Shown piece by piece: positions 61,464 to 64,000 of a stretch of DNA of 64,000 bases; the first letter of the stretch is position 1, and each line of letters starts with the position of its first letter. The stretch lies in the NCBI GenBank assembly GCA_950097015.1, contig CATNEN010000003.1, positions 2,666,001-2,730,000 on the forward strand. The letters are read 5' to 3'. The notes under the pieces were generated by a model. That model saw only the letters and a list, made by a program, of their open reading frames with translations. It had not been told where the DNA came from and searched no databases. Origin of the DNA: Macrostomum hystrix. Taxonomy: Eukaryota; Animalia; Platyhelminthes. Made by a program: the position numbers and the translations under genes.

Positions 61464-63013
61464 TCTAAAGTAAAGACTAAATAGCCCATGAAAACATGTT
61501 AAACTCTGTTTATTTTTTACTTTTGACTAATACTAGTTTCGTCAATTTTTTAAACGTTTCAAGTGTTTTAAAATTCCTGAAAGAAATATTATTATTGAGG
61601 TGCGCACGCCGATTGGGTGCTGATTTTTTTGTTTATTTGATTTGTGAGGCTGAATAATTCGATTTTTTTAAATAAGGCGATATGAAAACAGTAGTATGCA
61701 TAAGATTAATTTTAGGTGAATAAAATATTTGAAAAAACAAACTTTTGAAATAATCAAAGGTTTCACTAAAACAAAAAACGAAATATTGAAATTTAAAGAG
61801 AAAATTAAAACTGACTGAAATCGCTTCGCTCCCGAAACGAGAATACTATTGTGTTTTTGCATTCTAACTATGGGCCTCAGGGCAGTGGCTGTTTTATCTA
61901 GCTTTAAGTATGATTTCTATGAAGTCCACAAAACTTTCTGTTAATTCTGTGCTTTCCTGTGTCATTAAATACATAATTTTGTCATCAGCTAGCTGTTAGG
62001 CTTTCGAAATTTCTACCAGTACCTCCCACTTTCTCTATGAATTTATTTCTAATTGGAACATAAACGGACCAATCGCATCTAAAGAGAATATGAGTTTCGT
62101 TCTCTACCTCGACTCTACATTTTGGACATGTTCTGTTTTCATAGGCGATTTTCGGTCTTACAGTGCGCAATGTCTCACAGGCCAGTTTGTGGTTTCCTAG
62201 ACGAAATCGGGACATTGTGCGCCTTTGTTCTGGGTTAGAGATTATTGTTAGGTACTTTTCTCTGGAGAAATCTTTCTTAAACGTGTAATAGAAGTGGCTG
62301 AGCTTGGCTGATTTTCCCATCCTCTGAGTCCAGTGCCTTCGAAACTCAGACTTAAAGTTCTCCCTGTGCGTTTTGATGGACTTTGTTTTCTAGTCTGTAA
62401 TTGACAATTCCGCATTACTTCACTATTACTATCACTATTACTATTCACTATCACTATTTTTCCCCAACGCCAACATCGCTGTATTCTGTATCTGCCACCA
62501 ATTTCGCGATGATGGAGTCTGGTCGGCTCCGAACTGAGGACCAGTATTGAAGGCTTCTTTTTTGAATACTATCTAGTAGTGGTAGTTTAAAATAAATTCT
62601 CTCTATAAGGTTCCGATCCCAAGTACCCGATCAAAAGTGATCAAAAGTTTCTAGAGAAAATTTTTTTTATACTCTCTTGAAGCAAAATTAATTATTAGTT
62701 TTTTATATCCTAAGAATCATTCGAATACCATTAAAAAAATCTTAAGAATTCAAGCAATTCCTTTCTCATTAATTAGAGAAAGTTTGACAGTTAAAGCAAT
62801 ATAAATGCTTTGCGTGTTCTGAGTTTTAGAAGTGAAAATTCCAACATTGCTACTCACCAAATAAGTCAAGTAGGATATCTTGGGCAGGCACTGGTTGACA
62901 ACAAATTTGAAAGCGACCAGAGTCAGCACGAGGGTGAATGTCAGCTGCAGCCGGTTCTGGGGCAAGTCTCGCTTGACAGCAAATGTGACAAGCGACAGCG
63001 AGCAGATGAGAAA
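60252..63013 (-). CDS. Pentameric ligand-gated ion channel subunit, transmembrane and C-terminal exons (5' part outside the window)
   Basis: Exons 63013-62858 (end of M1; M2 RLQLTFTLVLTLVAFKFVV; M2-M3 loop LPKISYLTYL), 61031-60837 (DKYVISS...M3, short linker, M4), 60750-60703 and 60371-60252 (TAG). All GT-AG and phase 0. The LPxxSYxxxxDxY motif is characteristic of pLGICs. Confidence 0.85.
61107..61461 (+). mobile_element. 5'-truncated LINE 3' end (last ORF codons, 3'UTR, (AAT)n tail)
   Basis: Inverted homologue of 61588-61921, ending in (AAT)~12. Confidence 0.75.
61588..62400 (-). mobile_element. Non-LTR retrotransposon (LINE) 3' fragment with C-terminal CCHC zinc-knuckle region, 3'UTR and short AAT tail
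   Basis: ORF 61985-62320 reads RFRLGNHKLACET...RTCPKC...ENETHILFRC...Y..IR, typical of LINE ORF2 C-termini. It continues after a frameshift as DDKIMYLM...FVDFIEIILKAR*. Clade not determined. Confidence 0.8.
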
Positions 63014-63054
63014 CTGCGGATGGCAACCATTCGGATTTAAAATCCCATGCGAGC

Positions 63055-63290
63055 TTGAAGCCCTACAGTTAGAGTTTTGGACTTCTTACCGCGAGAGGTC
63101 GGGAGTTCGAATCACAGTCCAAGAGAATTCGCACTCGAGCACAGCACTTAACAGTAGAAAGACCGCGGAGGAATTTCAAATACCCACTGCCTACCTCACG
63201 ATAGTTCCCAAACCTGGTGTTCCTACTGTGCCACTGGCTCTACCCGGGCTAGCAGGACTATAGGCCTAAGTTACTAAAGGGAATAGAGAA
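63055..63290 (+). mobile_element. Probable tRNA-derived SINE (third family)
   Basis: tRNA-like head ...TTGGACTT...GAGGTCGGGAGTTCGAATC. Only one copy in the window. Confidence 0.4.
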
Positions 63291-63724
63291 GTACTAAATT
63301 TCGCTAAATAAACTAAATTAGTATAGCTACCGATTTTTATGGAAATTAAAGCGTGATTTGAAATAAATTAATCTGATTCATGCTCAATTTATGCTTAATT
63401 TAACAAAAGGCAGACAAGGGTGCCTCATATAGATTGATACGATAAGAAATACTAAGATATACTGTACGCCAATCTATGAGAACTCGACATTATAATGAAT
63501 CTATCTTTACTATACTATTTGCGTACTCAAGTAATGTCTGAAGTTCCAGAATATTTGGACTTTTTAGTACTGACTACTGATCGAAGTAACAAAGGGAAAT
63601 TTTTGTATCATCGATCAACATAGGTCTCGATTTCTCCAGCTTACTATGGACAATTTGTGTTTTTGTGGACCCCTTAAGTTCATGGACTTAACAGCTGAAC
63701 AAATTTCTATGGACTGGAGGTGCT

Positions 63725-64000
63725 GGGGGTTGCAGCTCCTATTGGTCACATTTTTAAGGACTTGCAATCCTTATTGTGGGGGTTGCAACCCTTATGATTA
63801 GTCCCATTTTTTAGAACTAAAGTGGGTGGGGGTTGCAGCCCTTATCATTGGTCACATTTTTAAGGATAGGAGGGGGTGGGGGTTGCAACCCTTATCATTA
63901 GTCACAGTTTTAAGGATTGGAGTGGGTGGGGGTTGCAACCCTTATCATTAGTCACATTTTTAAGGATTGGAGTGGGTGGGGGTTGCAACCCTTATCATTA
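63725..64000. repeat. ~50-bp minisatellite (GGGGGTTGCAACCCTTATCATTAGTCACATTTTTAAGGATTGGAGTGGGT) running off the window
   Basis: Tandem copies become more homogeneous toward the window end. Confidence 0.88.

Noticed and set aside
61107-61921. MITE or foldback DNA transposon with long TIRs
   Set aside because: The right arm runs seamlessly into LINE ORF sequence and both arms end internally in AAT tails. No target-site duplication was seen.

Overview
Eukaryotic, intron-rich animal DNA. Compact GC-rich exons, polyQ/polyA-rich proteins, tRNA-derived SINEs and very dense minisatellites suggest a free-living flatworm such as Macrostomum, but that is an inference. Five protein-coding loci were rebuilt by hand from splice signals. 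(1) The 3' part of an uncharacterised gene (+, <1-1861). (2) An RBMS/alan shepard-type two-RRM RNA-binding gene (-, 4723-36293) with two candidate alternative first exons. (3) A complete 8-exon SLC16 monocarboxylate transporter (+, 40957-46384). (4) A 14-3-3 gene (-, 47664-53412). (5) The 3' part of a pentameric ligand-gated ion channel subunit (-, 60252->63013). The best find is the 14-3-3 locus. One N-terminal exon sits upstream of two complete, intact, roughly 74%-identical three-exon C-terminal cassettes. Each cassette has its own stop codon and 3' region, and their intron positions differ; one intron is GC-AG. About 30 different minisatellite arrays fill the introns and intergenic DNA and generate nearly all of the long ORFs in the track, which are spurious. 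Also present: two or three SINE families, one SINE split by a 1-kb minisatellite, a tandem array of Pol III B-box motifs, and two tail-to-tail LINE 3' ends forming a ~330-bp inverted repeat inside the ion-channel intron. No CRISPR, rRNA or bona fide tRNA genes were seen.
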